From Macrostomum lignano (Eukaryota), in NCBI GenBank assembly GCA_002269645.1, contig NIVC01002491.1:1-64000 (forward strand): a stretch of 64,000 nt of DNA, given 5' to 3'. Positions 39,140-52,152 of this stretch are shown piece by piece. Below the pieces are notes generated by a model. That model ran no database searches and had not been told where the DNA came from. It saw nothing but the letters and a program-made list of their open reading frames with translations. Position numbers and translations under genes: made by a program. Each line of letters starts with the position of its first letter. Position 1 is the first letter of the stretch.

Positions 39140-40620
39140 TTCTGGTAGCGTTCTATTATTCTGGTAGCGTTCTATTTAATAATGACCTGAGCGGTATTTT
39201 GGCTTATTGGTATATGTATTTCATGTACTTTGCAAGTCCTTGGGCATTACCGAGATCAGAGGGTCACAGCCTCCGGTTATTCTTACACTTATTACTTCAG
39301 ATCTACTTCGCAACTTCTTACTACTCAACCTTTCCTTCTCAGTAGTATATACGGTCCACACTTCCGTCTACTTCACTCTTACTTCTTAAAAGGAATTAAC
39401 ACAGAAAACACTTCTTCAATTCTTATTTTCTCGGAACTCTTACTATTTGTTATAACTGTATTATTAGTGAACCGCGATGCGCGAGGTTTGTTCTCCCTCC
39501 GCCGAATTTGCTTGTATTTATAGTAAAATTCTAGTAGATTTTAAACAAAAATTAGTTCGCGTAAAATATTATACAAAACACAAGTATTAAAACAAAAATG
39601 CATCGTAGTTCTTTTTGGCGTGAATTTAAAGTGTAATAAACGATAGCTAATTTTAGAAAGAAATCGGGAGGGGCCCTGTACATGTATGAGCTAATTTTCT
39701 TGACCATTGTCCCACTAACAATATTTAGTTCAATGCTTTTCTCATTTGCCATATTAGGCCTAACCCATTTTAAAGCCAATCAATAAATTGAAAGTAACAT
39801 TTATTGATTAAGGCTAAATATACTATATAAGACAAGAGCATTCATTTTAGAACCAGTAGGATAGATGCAGTTGCACCTGGAGAGGTGAACACTACACAAA
39901 TATACTCCTATTCATCCACCTCTTCGAAACTTTTATAATGTAAGCTCTCCATACAATCAGGGGCATATTGCATTATTTAAGGCAGTGAGTTGAGTTCAAC
40001 TATTCTATTCTGTCACTAAAGTTTTTGCAGGCCTGTTAATTCTGTCTTTCTACTTAATGTACTTTCTGTATAAATGTACTACTACTATTGGTAGTGTCTA
40101 CTTATCCACTTATATTGGTAGCGTCTACTTATCTAATGGTAGCGGTTATACATGTACTGTACCTTTTGCCTGAGCAGTCTATTGGCACTGTCTACTCTTA
40201 TATCTCTCAGTCCTGGGCATTCCCTGGATCAGAGGGTCACAGCTTTATATTTTCCCTGCCCTGAGGCAATTTTCTCTTGCTCTGAGGTGGTTCTCCTGCC
40301 CTGAGGCAAATTTACCATTACTGCCCTGAGGCGATTTCTTGCTTTTAGCGGATCTTAATATTACTCCCGAGTTGGGGCTTCCACTCTAAGAAATGAATAA
40401 GACACTGAACAATTCTCTTATCAGGTTTTAGCCATTGCTAGAGCACACGAACAAACAAGTAAGTTGAACGAGTTGGTCTTCCTGGCCCGCTTGGAGCCTC
40501 TATTTATAGTAAGATTTAGCGTAAATTTTAACAAAATTAATCGCAAGAATATTTTTACAACTCACAACATTTAAACAAAGTTTTTAGCGCGGATTTAAAA
40601 TTGACTTTTCTAAGAAATAT
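39140..40620 (-). repeat. Two diverged ~450-bp related segments about 975 bp apart (solo-LTR-like)
   Basis: Shared blocks TGGGCATT..GATCAGAGGGTCACAGC (39241 / 40214) and TATTTATAGTAA..AACAAAATTA (39515 / 40501; CTATAAATA on the minus strand). Confidence 0.5.
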
Positions 40621-40900
40621 AGTAGACAGAAATGAGTAATTATAAGCGCCCTTCCTCATAGATAGCTGATGCACTCTAGTTTGTAACATGAGTAACCATT
40701 TTTTTAAGCAATTTTTTAGTCATTTTGCCATGTGGGAAGCACCATGGCCTATTATAGAAAATGAACAAATGATATCAAAATGTTATGCCAATATATTCTA
40801 TACTGACTAGGCCTATAGCTAATAGATATATTGTACTAACACTATGAGGCCTAGGGCCTATGCCAATTTCCAATTTAAATTTATACTAGGCCTAAAAATT

Positions 40901-41150
40901 GGTATAGGACCAAGACCGCCACATATCAAGACTGCCACACTTGGGGGAGCTAGGAAAGAAATTTGGCTTAATGTATTATTAGATGGTGCTAGAAAAAAGA
41001 TAAATTGGTAGGAGAGCCAGCAGGACAAAGCTGCAAAAAAGGAACCTATGAGAGGAATAGCAATGCTAGAAAATTAATAGCTCCCCCTCAATACCAGTAG
41101 CCAGTAGTAGCTATGGCAGTCTTAGTGTGTGGCAGTCTTAGTCATGTGCC
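40901..41150. mobile_element. MITE (MULE- or Merlin-like)
   Basis: ~23-bp imperfect TIR GGTATAGGACCAAGACCGCCACA / TGTGGCAGTCTTAGTCATGTGCC with internal AAGACTGCCA repeats. Flanking duplication TAAAAATT (8 bp), or CTAAAAATTG (10 bp) if the ends are set 1 nt inward. Confidence 0.7.
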
Positions 41151-41286
41151 TAAAAATTGAATTTTTAGTATTATAGTATAGGACCTATCTTATATTATAT
41201 GATTTTGATTTACTAATATAGGGTGAATATAACAACCTAATAATATTTAATACCTTAACAATTAAAAATTCAAGGTTGCCTAGTAC

Positions 41287-41574
41287 CCATAGTCAGGAAG
41301 ATGGCCTTTTTCACAGAAAATTCTGGCGCAAAATGGGTTGGACATGCACTAGTCTGGTGCATTCTGGTGCAATAGTAAACAAGGAAAAAGTAGACAGCTT
41401 TTTTAATTAACATACATTAACATTGCATTTTCTATAAAACAGATTCAAATACAAGCTTTACCAATGGTAAGCAAACTTTTTTGTTAGGCCTAGGAATAGT
41501 TCTAGCATACAATGCAAGCAAAATTTTCTGATAGGATTTGTTTTGGCGCAGGCGTGCCATGATCCTGACTATGG
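41287..41574. mobile_element. MITE with 8-bp TSD (hAT/P-like)
   Basis: TIR CCATAGTCAGGAAGATGGC / GCCATGATCCTGACTATGG. TSD CCTAGTAC on both sides. Confidence 0.8.
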
Positions 41575-42304
41575 CCTAGTACTGTCTATAGCTAAGAATT
41601 CTATCTAGGTAGAATCATAGGCCAGAGCCATATCTTTATTTATAGGCCTAGTATAAATTAATGTCATTATAGTCAAGTACAAAAGTATATTTTGACCAAT
41701 CTATAATCCATTATAAAAAGGATTACAACTTTTAAGAAATTATATAACCCTAATAACTACCCTATGGCTTATCTTTTTAGTTTTTATCAATTTATCAATA
41801 TCAGATATTATATTAGCTAGTAATAATATGCTATATATTATCAAAATCTTTCTACCATCACCAAGAGTAAGATCTATCTACAGCCATGATTGACTTCCAT
41901 TTTTTAATATCTATAATTGAATGTGTTATATCAGGGTTGACCATATCAATCTCTCTATTAATATTAGTATCCTTATATATTATCTAAAAAACATAAGTTC
42001 TTTTTCAAAGTTATATAAGCAATCTATATATAAAGCAAAAAAATCGATTTAATTTTTACTACTCATACTTGTACAATATATGTATTAGGTAGGCAATTGC
42101 CATTTTTTGTCAAGCATTTGAAAGCACAGTTATATGCTCAATGTGTATATAGTAAGACATAGACCAGGCATTGTGCGTTATATATTGCAGTTAGTGTGTA
42201 GATACCCAGTCTGTGACTGGCTTGATAAAAGTAATTTTAATTTTGCCATTTTTGATGCCAATTGCCATCCAGGCATCAACCAAAAGCACCAAGTATTTGC
42301 CGTA

Positions 42305-45300
42305 ATGGCAGCCCCATCTGCTGAGCCACACGAGTCCTGGGACGAACTTCTGTTAGCTGGGCCTTCAACCCTGTCCAAGGACAATGCACCCGCCCCCTAT
42401 CCATGTCGAGCATTCGCTGATCTGTTAGAGCAGTCCCCATTTGGTCAGAGCCGTGCATCTGACCAGCCCGACTCGGCTGAGGAGCTCCGCTGCCTGCGAG
42501 TTCTATCGCTGCACTTCAGCGATCCAATGACCCTCATGAGGAGTGTCGCCACTGCCGGCCGACTGGGTTATGCTAGTGTGCACTGGCAGATTAATTGCGA
42601 ATGTCCGGAGCTGATGGCCAGGTCTGACATGTTTATTGCAATGCTTCTTATTTACATGGATTTTTTTGTGTACCCCATTCCCCATTAATCTCCAATCACA
42701 GGTATCCCCATTGCCCATTAATCTTCAATCACAGGTATTCCCCATTAATCTCCAATCACAGGTATTCCCCATTAATCTTCAATCACAGGTATTCCCCATT
42801 AATCTCCAATCACAGGTATTCCCCATTAATCTTCAATCACAGGTATTCCCCATTCCCCATTAATCTTCAATCACAGGTATTCCCCATTCCCCATTAATTT
42901 TCAATTACAGGTATCCCCATTCCCCATTAATCTTCAATTACAGGTATCCCCATTCCCCATTAATCTACAATCACAGGTATCCCCATTGCCCATTAATCTT
43001 CAATTACAGGTATCCCCATTGCCCATTAATCTACAATTACAGGTATCCCCATTCCCCATTAATCTACAATTACAGGTATCCCCATTCCCCATTAATCTTC
43101 AATCACAGGTATCCCCATTGCCCATTAATCGTATCTCATTCCTGATTGCACATGAGCCACAGGTATCCCATTACTGATTGCACATGAGCCACAGGTATCC
43201 CATTCCTGATTGCACATGAACCACAGGTATCCCATTCCTGATTGCACATAAACCACAGGTATCCCATTCCTGATTGCACATAAACCACAGGTATCCCATT
43301 CCTGATTGCACATGAGCCACAGGTATCCCATTGCGGATTACGCACTCAGGTGTATCGGGTGCAAATACATTAAAACACCTTTGCACTCCCCATTAGGAAC
43401 CTGCTTCTGCTCTGCGTGGCCAGAACAGCCGACGGTCCCGAGCACTGGCGCTTCTTCTGGAGCGTCTTCTTCAATAAGTACATCCTAACTGAGCACAAGA
43501 TCCGGCTCAAAACGCTGCTCAACAACCTGGCCGAGGGCGGCGCCAACGGCGGCCGCGCCGACCCGCTGCTCGCTGGCGTAAACGCCCCGGAGCCCGTGCT
43601 AAACAAGCTGCGCTCCATTTGGAAGTCCTGGCTGGGCGGCCTAAAAAGCCGTAGCAACAGCCTGCCAGGCTGGGGGTCGCAGGCCGTCTCCGAGGAGGAT
43701 CACTTGGCTAATAACGAGTCGACTCGAGCCGCAGTTGACTGGCTCAGCGCCCGGAAGCTCTGGGCACGAGAAGAAGTGGTCAAATCTGTCTATCGCTATC
43801 TTGTTGCTCCCAAATTATTGGATCATCAGCTTAATTACGATTCGTCCGCCTTCAACGTCTGGGCCAATCCTCTGGTTGCGGCGTTCTGGCCGGCTGTCGA
43901 ACGGGACTCCCTGCTGCCCTTCGATCTGTTTGCTCCCTACGATGCCGCCTCTGCTGGCCTCTCGGCGACACCTGCCGCGAGGTTTGTTGGAGCTTCGTTC
44001 TGATTTCTAATCACGCAAAGACCCATCCTATGGCGCATCACACAAAGACCCATCCTATCGCCCATCACACAAAGACCCATCTTGTCGCCCATCACACAAA
44101 GACCCATCCGATGACATATCACGCAAAGACCCATCCTATCGTCCATCACACAAAGACCCATCCTATCGCCCATCACACAAACACCCATCTTGTCGCCCAT
44201 CACACAAAGACCCATCCTATCGCCCATCACACAAACACCCATCTTGTCGCCCATCACACAAAGACCCATCCTATCGCCCATCACACAAACACCCATCTTG
44301 TCGCCCATCACACAAAGACCCATCCGATGACATATCACGCAAAGACCCATCCTATCGTCCATCACACAAAGACCCATCCTATCGTCCATCACACAAAGAC
44401 CCATCCGATGACATATCACGCAAAGACTCATCCTATCGTCCATCACACAAAGACCCATCCTATCGTCCATCACACAAAGACTCATCCTATCGTCCATCAC
44501 ACAAAGACCCATCCTATCGTCCATCACACAAAGACCCATCCTGTCGTCCATCACACAAAGACCCATCCGATGACATATCACGCAAAGACCCATCCTATCG
44601 TCCATCACACAAAGACCCATCCTATCGCCCATCACACAAACACCCATCCTATCGCCCATCACACAAACACCCATCTTGTCGCCCATCACACAAAGACCCA
44701 TCCGATGACATATCACGCAAAGACCCATCCTATCGTCCATCACACAAAGACCCATCCTATCGCCCATCACACAAACACCCATCCTATCGCCCATCACACA
44801 AACACCCATCTTGTCGCCCATCACACAAAGACCCATCCGATGACATATCACGCAAAGACCCATCCTATCGTCCATCACACAAAGACCCATCCTATCGTCC
44901 ATCACACAAAGACCCATCCTGTCGTCTATCACACAAAGACCCATCCTATCGCCCATCACACAAAGACCCATCCTATCGCCCATCACACAAAGACTCATCC
45001 TATCGCCCATCACACAAAGACCCATCCTATCGTCCATCACACAAAGACCCATCCTATCGCCCATCACACAAAGACCCATCCTATCGCCCATCACACAAAG
45101 ACTCATCCTATCGCCCATCACACAAAGACTCATCCTATCGCCCATCACACAAAGACCCATCCTATCGCCCATCACGCGGTGAGATCGCACGCGGAGACCC
45201 AAGGATCATTCAAGAAAATTAGCTGTTCACACCCTGTGTGACCGCCCAGAGGCCAGCGGAATGGCACTAACGACTGTCACTCCTGATTTTCCACAGTGCC

Positions 45301-48157
45301 CGAACCCCTACCGCAAGCTTCGTAACCTTCCCTACCGCAGCAGGTCCGTCCGATCCCTGACCGAGTTCTGCTTCGATCGGGCCGCCGACCTTGTCGCCGA
45401 ATTCGCCGCCGCCTGTCGGTCGAACTCGCCCAGCTTAACCATCGGTGTCGGGCTGGGCAACGACCTCCTGGCGGCCAGCCGGCACAGGGCGGCCAGGCGG
45501 CGCTACCACCTGGTGGACGCTGGCAACCTGGCCGACAGCTGTCCGGTGTGCGGCATTCTAACCGCCTGCCAGCCGCTGCTGCTGGCCTCACAGTCTGTGC
45601 TGATGACCATTACCAGCCGGTGGCTGGGCCATTATCCAAGCGCCCCGGCCTATGTAACTGCGGCTGTTGGCCGCCTGCCGGAACTGCTGTACGGCCTGAG
45701 GCTGTACAAGCCTACTGAATCGGAGCTGCTGGCCTCCGGCAGGATCAGCGACCGGCCACAGCTGCTGCTTCGATGGGCGCCGCATGTCACTAACATCTGC
45801 AAGGATGCTGAGGCTGACAGCTGCAGGGATGCTCAGGTAGATTCTTTTGCATGCCTATGTTGTTGCAGTCTTTGTTCTTGGAGGAGTCTTCGTTCTTGAG
45901 AAACTGTACTTGTACTAGCCTTTGTTCTTAGAGGAATCTGTTCTTGAAAAGACTGTTCTTGTAGTAGTCTTTGTTCTTCGAGGAGCCTTTGTTCTTAAGA
46001 GGATTCTTTGTTCTTAGAGGATTCTTTGTATTAGAGGAGTCTGTTCTTAGGAGTCTGTTCTTGAGAAGTATTTTCTTGTAGTAAGTAGTTTTTGTTCTTA
46101 AAAAAGTCTTTGTTCTTGCGAAGACTGTTCTTTTAGTATTCTTCGTTCGTAGAGGAGTCCTTGTTCTTAAAGTCTTCGTTCTTGACTTTTTTCGGTTTCC
46201 TTATGCTTCATAAGTGTACGTGCCAATATCTGCAGCAACTATCACACCCGACCTTACAGGTGGCGAGTATGCTCGACAATCTGCTTCCGCATTGCATCGG
46301 CCCGCCAGCCTACGGTCGTCTTGCCTATGGTTGCTACCCGGTTGCCGAGGCCCGTCTCAGTCCGCGCACTTTGCACCGGTTACTAAGAAACCACGGTCTG
46401 CACTATTTCGAACTGGATCTGAGCTCCCGCCTGCCAGCCCTGGCCAGAGCTCTGCTATCAACTCGCCAGGGGGAGCAGTTCGATCCCCACTACCTGCAAT
46501 TCTCGGTGCTCTGCCGGCCGCAGCCGCTGGCCTGCCTCACTCTGGACCTGCGCCGGCCCGGCACTCTGACTAACCTGGACGAGCTCTGCGCCCCGGGTGC
46601 CCAACTCGTGGCCATTGTGTTCGAATCTCGAATAGACGTGCCAACGTTTCTGTCAGCCTACAATGACAAGATTAGCGAGGCCCCCGACACGGTTGCTACG
46701 GACGCCTGCGCCCTGCTGCAGCGCCGGCTGGCCGGCCGGGTTCGAGCCTTCGAACGGGCGTTCCACGTGCTGTCGCTGGTGCCGGTGGGCGCGGGCGGCA
46801 CCAGCGTGGCCAGGGTCTTCCTGCCGCCGGACACCGCCGACCAGTTCGGCCCCTGCTGCTGCCTGCTCATGGAGCCCGGCCGCTGCGTGCTCGGTCAGAC
46901 TCGAAACAACCGCGTCCTGCTCTGGTCCAGCCTGGTGGCCGGCCGGCTGGCCGATTTCTGCCCGGCCACCGGTCCGCATTGGCCGGGAGCCACGCGGCAG
47001 CTTATGTTTAAGGAACTGCCGCTGCAGGTCTGGCTTATTTACTTACTTACTCACTCACTTACTCACTCACTCACTCACTCACTCACTCACTCACTCACTC
47101 ACTCACTCACTCACTCACTTACTTACTCACTCACTCACTCACTCACTCACTCACTCACTCTCTCACTCACTCACTCACTCACTCATTCACTCACTCACTT
47201 ACTTACTCACTCACTCACTCACTTACTTACTCACTCACTCACTCACTCACTCACTCACTCACTTACTTACTTACTTACTTACTCACTCACTCACTCACTC
47301 ATTCACTTACTCACTCACTCATTCACTCACTTACTCACTCACTCACTCACTCACTCACTCACTTACTTACTTACTCACTCACTCACTCGCTCATTCACTC
47401 ACTCACTCACTTACACACTCATGAACTCATGAACTCACTCATGAACTCACTCATGAACTCACATTTTTATGTGCCGTTACACCCTAGAAGAATTTACTAA
47501 ACTCATTAATTAACCCAGTTCATTTTGAACCCCTTCTATTCCTTTCCTCAGACTGCCGCTTGCCAGTCCAAATCGCCTGTCCTGTTCGGCGTCCGGCTTT
47601 GCGTGTCCCGTCCGCCAGCCGCGGCCGCCACACAGCTGTCCGCCCTGCTCGGCCAGTCAGCCTATCCGGCAGTGTTCGACCGTCTGGCGGCCAAGGCCAC
47701 CATCAGTGCCAGCTGCCCCGGCGGCGGCGGCGGCTTCGCCAGCCCGGAGCTCGAGGCCGCCGATCACTGGGCCGCCTTCGTTGCCCAGCTGCTGGCCCTG
47801 TACTGGTCGGACGTCGGCCACGTGTTTCTGCGCGACCTCAGCTTCCCCCACAAGCGGGTCGGGCTGCGGCTCCGGCTGCTGGACGCCGGCTATCGGAGCG
47901 GCGGCCGGCCGCTGCTGCTTGTTCAACGCGAGTCGGCGGCGGCTCCTTCGTCGGCTAGCGTCACCGTGAAGTGCCCACTGGCGCTGATGAGCGAGCTGGA
48001 GGCCGCCCTGACCCAGTGCCAGGTGTGCCCGGACGTCAGCTACCTGCTGCTGCCCCTGCGAATGCCGGTGTGGCCCAGGCGGGCTCGGCAGCTGCGGCAG
48101 CTGGAGCTGATGCAGGACCGGATTGGCAGGAGGGACTGCGCGCCCTGCCAGGTGTGA
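42305..48157 (+). CDS. DUF4470-like domain protein (DNAAF3-related, methyltransferase-like N-terminus), ~951 aa, 5 exons
   Basis: Exons 42305-42621, 43397-43981, 45257-45836, 46260-47027, 47552-48157 are phase-compatible and total 2856 nt; the exon 3 acceptor is uncertain. Splicing creates LRVLSLHFSDP...VHWQINCECPELMARNLLLL...FWSVFFN, resembling the DUF4470 pattern (LLLGxGDxR...ARNxLLL). Confidence 0.6.
42670..43335 (+). repeat. Two abutting arrays (27-34-bp and 32-bp units), each unit GTAT...CAG, in intron 1 of the DUF4470 gene
   Basis: Units GTATCCCCATTCCCCATTAATCTTCAATCACAG and GTATCCCATTCCTGATTGCACATGAGCCACAG. Confidence 0.95.
44006..45177. repeat. 27-bp minisatellite (CCCATCACACAAAGACCCATCCTATCG), intron 2 of the DUF4470 gene
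   Basis: Direct reading. Confidence 0.97.
45890..46190. repeat. Degenerate TTGTTCTTAGAGGAGTCT-type repeat, intron 3
   Basis: Direct reading. Confidence 0.75.
47038..47462. repeat. (ACTC)n / (ACTT)n microsatellite, intron 4
   Basis: Direct reading. Confidence 0.95.
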
Positions 48158-48271
48158 CTGCCTGCTAACAGGTGGTCAAAATCGAAATATTCAGTCTGAC
48201 TGCCCCCCCCCCCCACCCTGAGGCTGTGCCAAGATATCTGATGTTGTCTGGCTTTAAATGCATTTTAACTG

Positions 48272-48735
48272 TTGTTATTGGGAATGGCTAATCCTAGAGC
48301 TCTGATGGATTAGGAATGGCTAATCCTAGAGGTAATAGCTAATCCTAGAGGTCTGATGGATTAGAAATAGCTGATCCTAGAGGTCTGATGGATTAGGAAT
48401 AACTAATCCTAGAGGTCTGATGGATTAGGAATGACTAATCCTAGAAGTCTGATGGATTAGGAATGACTAATCCTAGAGGTCTGATGGATTAGGAATGGCT
48501 AATCCTAGAGGTCTGATGAATTAGGAATGGCTAATCCTAGAGGTCTGATGGATTAGGAATGGCTAATCCTAGAGGTCTGATGGATTAGGAATGGCTAATC
48601 CTAGAGGTCTGATGAATTAGGAATGGCTAATCCTAGAGGTCTGATGGATTAGGAATGGCTAATCCTAGAGGTCTGATGGATTAGGAATGACTAATCCTAG
48701 AGGTCTGATGAATTAGGAATAGTTAATCCTAAAGG
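48272..48735. repeat. 32-bp minisatellite (GAGGTCTGATGGATTAGGAATGGCTAATCCTA)
   Basis: Direct reading. Inverted repeat GGATTAG-GAATGG-CTAATCC. Confidence 0.95.
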
Positions 48736-49040
48736 TTCATGCTGTTATGCATTGAAGAGTCGAGTGATTGATATATAGACTTAACAACCCAGCGAACTTT
48801 GCCTCATAGCAAATATTTAATATTTTACTCTTGAAATGGCGCCACCGCCCACTGCTCTGCCGTATTTCTATCTGCTCAGCGCAAGCTGCGAAGCCAATTT
48901 GAACGAGTTTTTATATACTAACCGCTGTCGGCATTTTCTAACCTGCTCTTTGTATTATTCAGGTAACCTACGCTTTTGCTTTGCAACCAGTCCTGAATGA
49001 AATTCATCTGAATGGTAAAGCCTGAAATAACCTAATTAAA

Positions 49041-49436
49041 CCCGTTGAAAACGGTTCCGCGACAATAAAAGTCACTGCAAACAACTCACTGGTAACTCTT
49101 GCGACTTTTTAACAACTCAACTCAACAACTCAATGCGAGGAAGAGGCGAATGTTGAGTCACGAGCACGTCACGTGAGTTTGAAGAATTATAGCATGGTCG
49201 CGAAAAGTCGTTCTTGTGCTTAACTTGCTACTAACTCAAGTAGACTGAATAGAGTTGTTTTAAATGCGAAATTCGGCTCTTATATTAGGTACGGCTCTAC
49301 GGCCCTAAGAGTCGCAGACAATGAAACGCCTCAAATTGACTTTTTTTACCGCGACATCTCGTCGTTTTTGAGTCGTTTAGAGTTGATCCGATTCTATTTC
49401 ACCTGTGTTGTCCCGGACGCTTCTTCTTGGCCTGGG
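49041..49436 (-). mobile_element. Dispersed GACTC/GAGTC-rich repeat, copy 2
   Basis: Inverted, diverged copy of 4948-5449 with the same two end points. Confidence 0.75.
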
Positions 49437-50233
49437 TACAGTTTTCGTCATGAAGGGTGTTTAAATTTGTCGCTTTTAAAAAATGATATTTTCACGTTCA
49501 AGCAATTTGCTTCGCTGCTGCGCAATTCCAAATTATAGTCGGATAAAAGGAATCGATAAAAAGTCGGTGACTGTATCGAACAGTGTGAAAACTTAGTACA
49601 ATATATTATATGAATTATATGATATGATACAAGTCGCCTATAAAAATTACTTCAGAAGCTGGCGCGCATTTATCTTTCCCTAACTGTTTGCTTTTCCTTA
49701 GTTTGTTGATTTTAACTGACTTCGGCTTTTGCTGTTATTTCATGTAGTTAGTTAAACAAAGTTAAGAATTAAATTTCCCTAGCTTCACAGTGAGTATTGT
49801 ATAATGCAACTACGCGGATCTAATTATTTGTTCTTTAAAATTAAATTCCCAACTTACCCTAAGAAGCCTTTGCGGTTACTCCTTGCACATTTGTAGAAAA
49901 TGGCTTATTGATTTTTTATTATTTAATTTCGCGCCGAAGTTAAATATGGAATACATACATGTGCCTGCAAAGCGTCCACCAGCCAAGCATGTCCTGCAGT
50001 GTCGTACTGGAAACCTCGTTTCTTAGAAAAAGTTTTTTGTGCGAAATATACACTACGGAGGTGGGAACATTTTTCATTAACAATTAAAACAAAAAATTTC
50101 TTTTTATTTGGTTTCTTTAAAAAAGGGTTGCAATTGTACGACTTGACGGACGCGTTACAACAGAACAATTTCCTCCGTTCTTTTTCAACGAAAATATTGC
50201 ATGGACTAAGGCCTATTAGCTCCTCGCTGCTGT

Positions 50234-50405
50234 GACTTCTTGACTGGAGATGCGGGTTATACGATCTTCGACCGTTTTATGACTCAGGTTTCGGGATCGA
50301 CAAACTAATTTCGAGCAAAATTTGAACCGGTGACTGAGTAGACCACACGTGACAAAGAGTTGAAGTGCAAGCATGCTGCGGACGACAAAATTTTGCAGTG
50401 GCCAT
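50234..50405 (+). pseudogene. Possible PIF/Harbinger transposase fossil
   Basis: FLTGDAGYTIFDRFMTQ (GDxGY..LMTP-like), then frameshifted ACCGRQNF (ACCxLHNF-like). Confidence 0.3.
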
Positions 50406-52152
50406 GAACATGAAAGAAGCCATTTCACTTCGCTTAAACCTCTGCTGCTGGTCATAGAAAGGGCTGGAGTAGAAAACAACCATACACTACTATAGCTAAT
50501 TGAAATATATATTGTTACATGTAGCTCGTACTACTGCTGCTTGGTCGAGTAAGGAGACCGCGTACATGTACGTATTGTGCGGCTGCGGTGCCACCGCGCG
50601 TCTTACTGGATTTATATTAAAGCAATAAGTTTATGGATTCAAACTTCTTCGAGTTTATATAAATACATGTAGTAGCCAGCCCACAGTTTCTGCACGATGG
50701 TATAGAAATGTGGTTTTATACATTGCTAAGGAGTTAAATGTAGAATTACGATCATGACGTAAACACGTACAATATAATGTAGGTCCGACGGCGACCAGCT
50801 GTCTTATTAGCTACGACAGAACCTAATGAAGAATTGACTGCATTACTTACATGTAAAAGGTTTCACTGAATGATTTTTCTGAACATTTTACTTGGGGATG
50901 CATGTGCATGTCAAGGACCACTGTATATAACAGCCGTAGGATTTTTAGAATCGCCCTAAATGTACTGCACATGTATATATAATCTATAAATCTGCTTCCA
51001 GTTTTAAAGGTACAAGTATTATTGAAATGCTCTTTTTCAAATTTAATCAGCTGCCAAAATGTTTTCTGAGAAACGAAGTTTTGCCTCCTTAGTTTTACTA
51101 CACGTACATATCGTCCTTGATATGATGACGCGTTGTACACTTTGAGATCAAAATAAAATCAGTTATTTGCCTTAGTTATACTCATCAATTATTGGGTTGC
51201 GTAAATGCGAACCGTATATACACGAGTAAGTATCAATGTTGGTGAAGCAATTATTATTTAATCAAGCTGTGTTTGTAATTTTCAAAGAAAGACGTACAAT
51301 TGTAAATGAGTTAGCTTTGTCATTGAACTTGTCACCGGTCGTTTCTTTCATCATGTAAACGATTTGTGTATGTTAAAACAAATACTTATTGCTGTCGTGA
51401 AAAATAAACTTTTATAAAAAAGGAAAAGGTGTACTATTCTGTGTTTTATTTTTCTTGTTTAGTATATATTCTAAATTTCTGTTTTAAAAGATGAGAAAAG
51501 CAATTGTTTTGAAACGTTTGAATAGATGTGCGCTAAATAGCAGTCCATTCTTCACTTACACATATTTTAATCTTTTAGCCGTAGTATTTGTTTTTTATTT
51601 TATACAAACAGCTAAATGAAATGTGTATTGTATTTGATCTATGAGTCATCCCGGTATTGAAGTTCTACCGGTTAAGAAAAATCAGGTATGTTTATTCATA
51701 AAAATGTTTTACTACTGCATTGTAAATGTAATGTAATTTGTAAATTTAATATGCCATAGGGGCTACTCAGAATGATGTCCTTTGCCTGGAAAATTACGAC
51801 GCACAGAAACTTTCTCAGATAAATACCTCGGCGTCGGGCCATGCGGTGCAGTTGCAGTGCAGGCACAGTTCACAGTGCAGTGCAGGCTGTATTGTGTTTA
51901 AAGTGTAGCATATCAAATATTAAATATCAAATCAGACTTTTATTTAGTATACTGTATTGTTTGTTTTTAGTAATAACACTTTTTAATACTGATATTATTC
52001 CATTTCGCACACACTGTGCTTTTTTCTAATTTTTCTATTTTGGCAAAAGCTCTAAATCATACATGCGCAACTTCTGAAATTACGCTGGCCGTGCGACTTA
52101 GTTTTTGATAAAAAATGCGACTTACCTATGAAAGGGCCAAGCAAAAACTTTA

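Noticed and set aside
43937-45241. His-rich (HHTKTHPI) and MGLCV repeat proteins
   Set aside because: 27-bp satellite lying between a donor (43982) and an acceptor (~45256).
48272-48735. Tandem hammerhead ribozymes (CTGATGA followed by a stem)
   Set aside because: The required GAAA after stem II and the closing stems I/III are absent.
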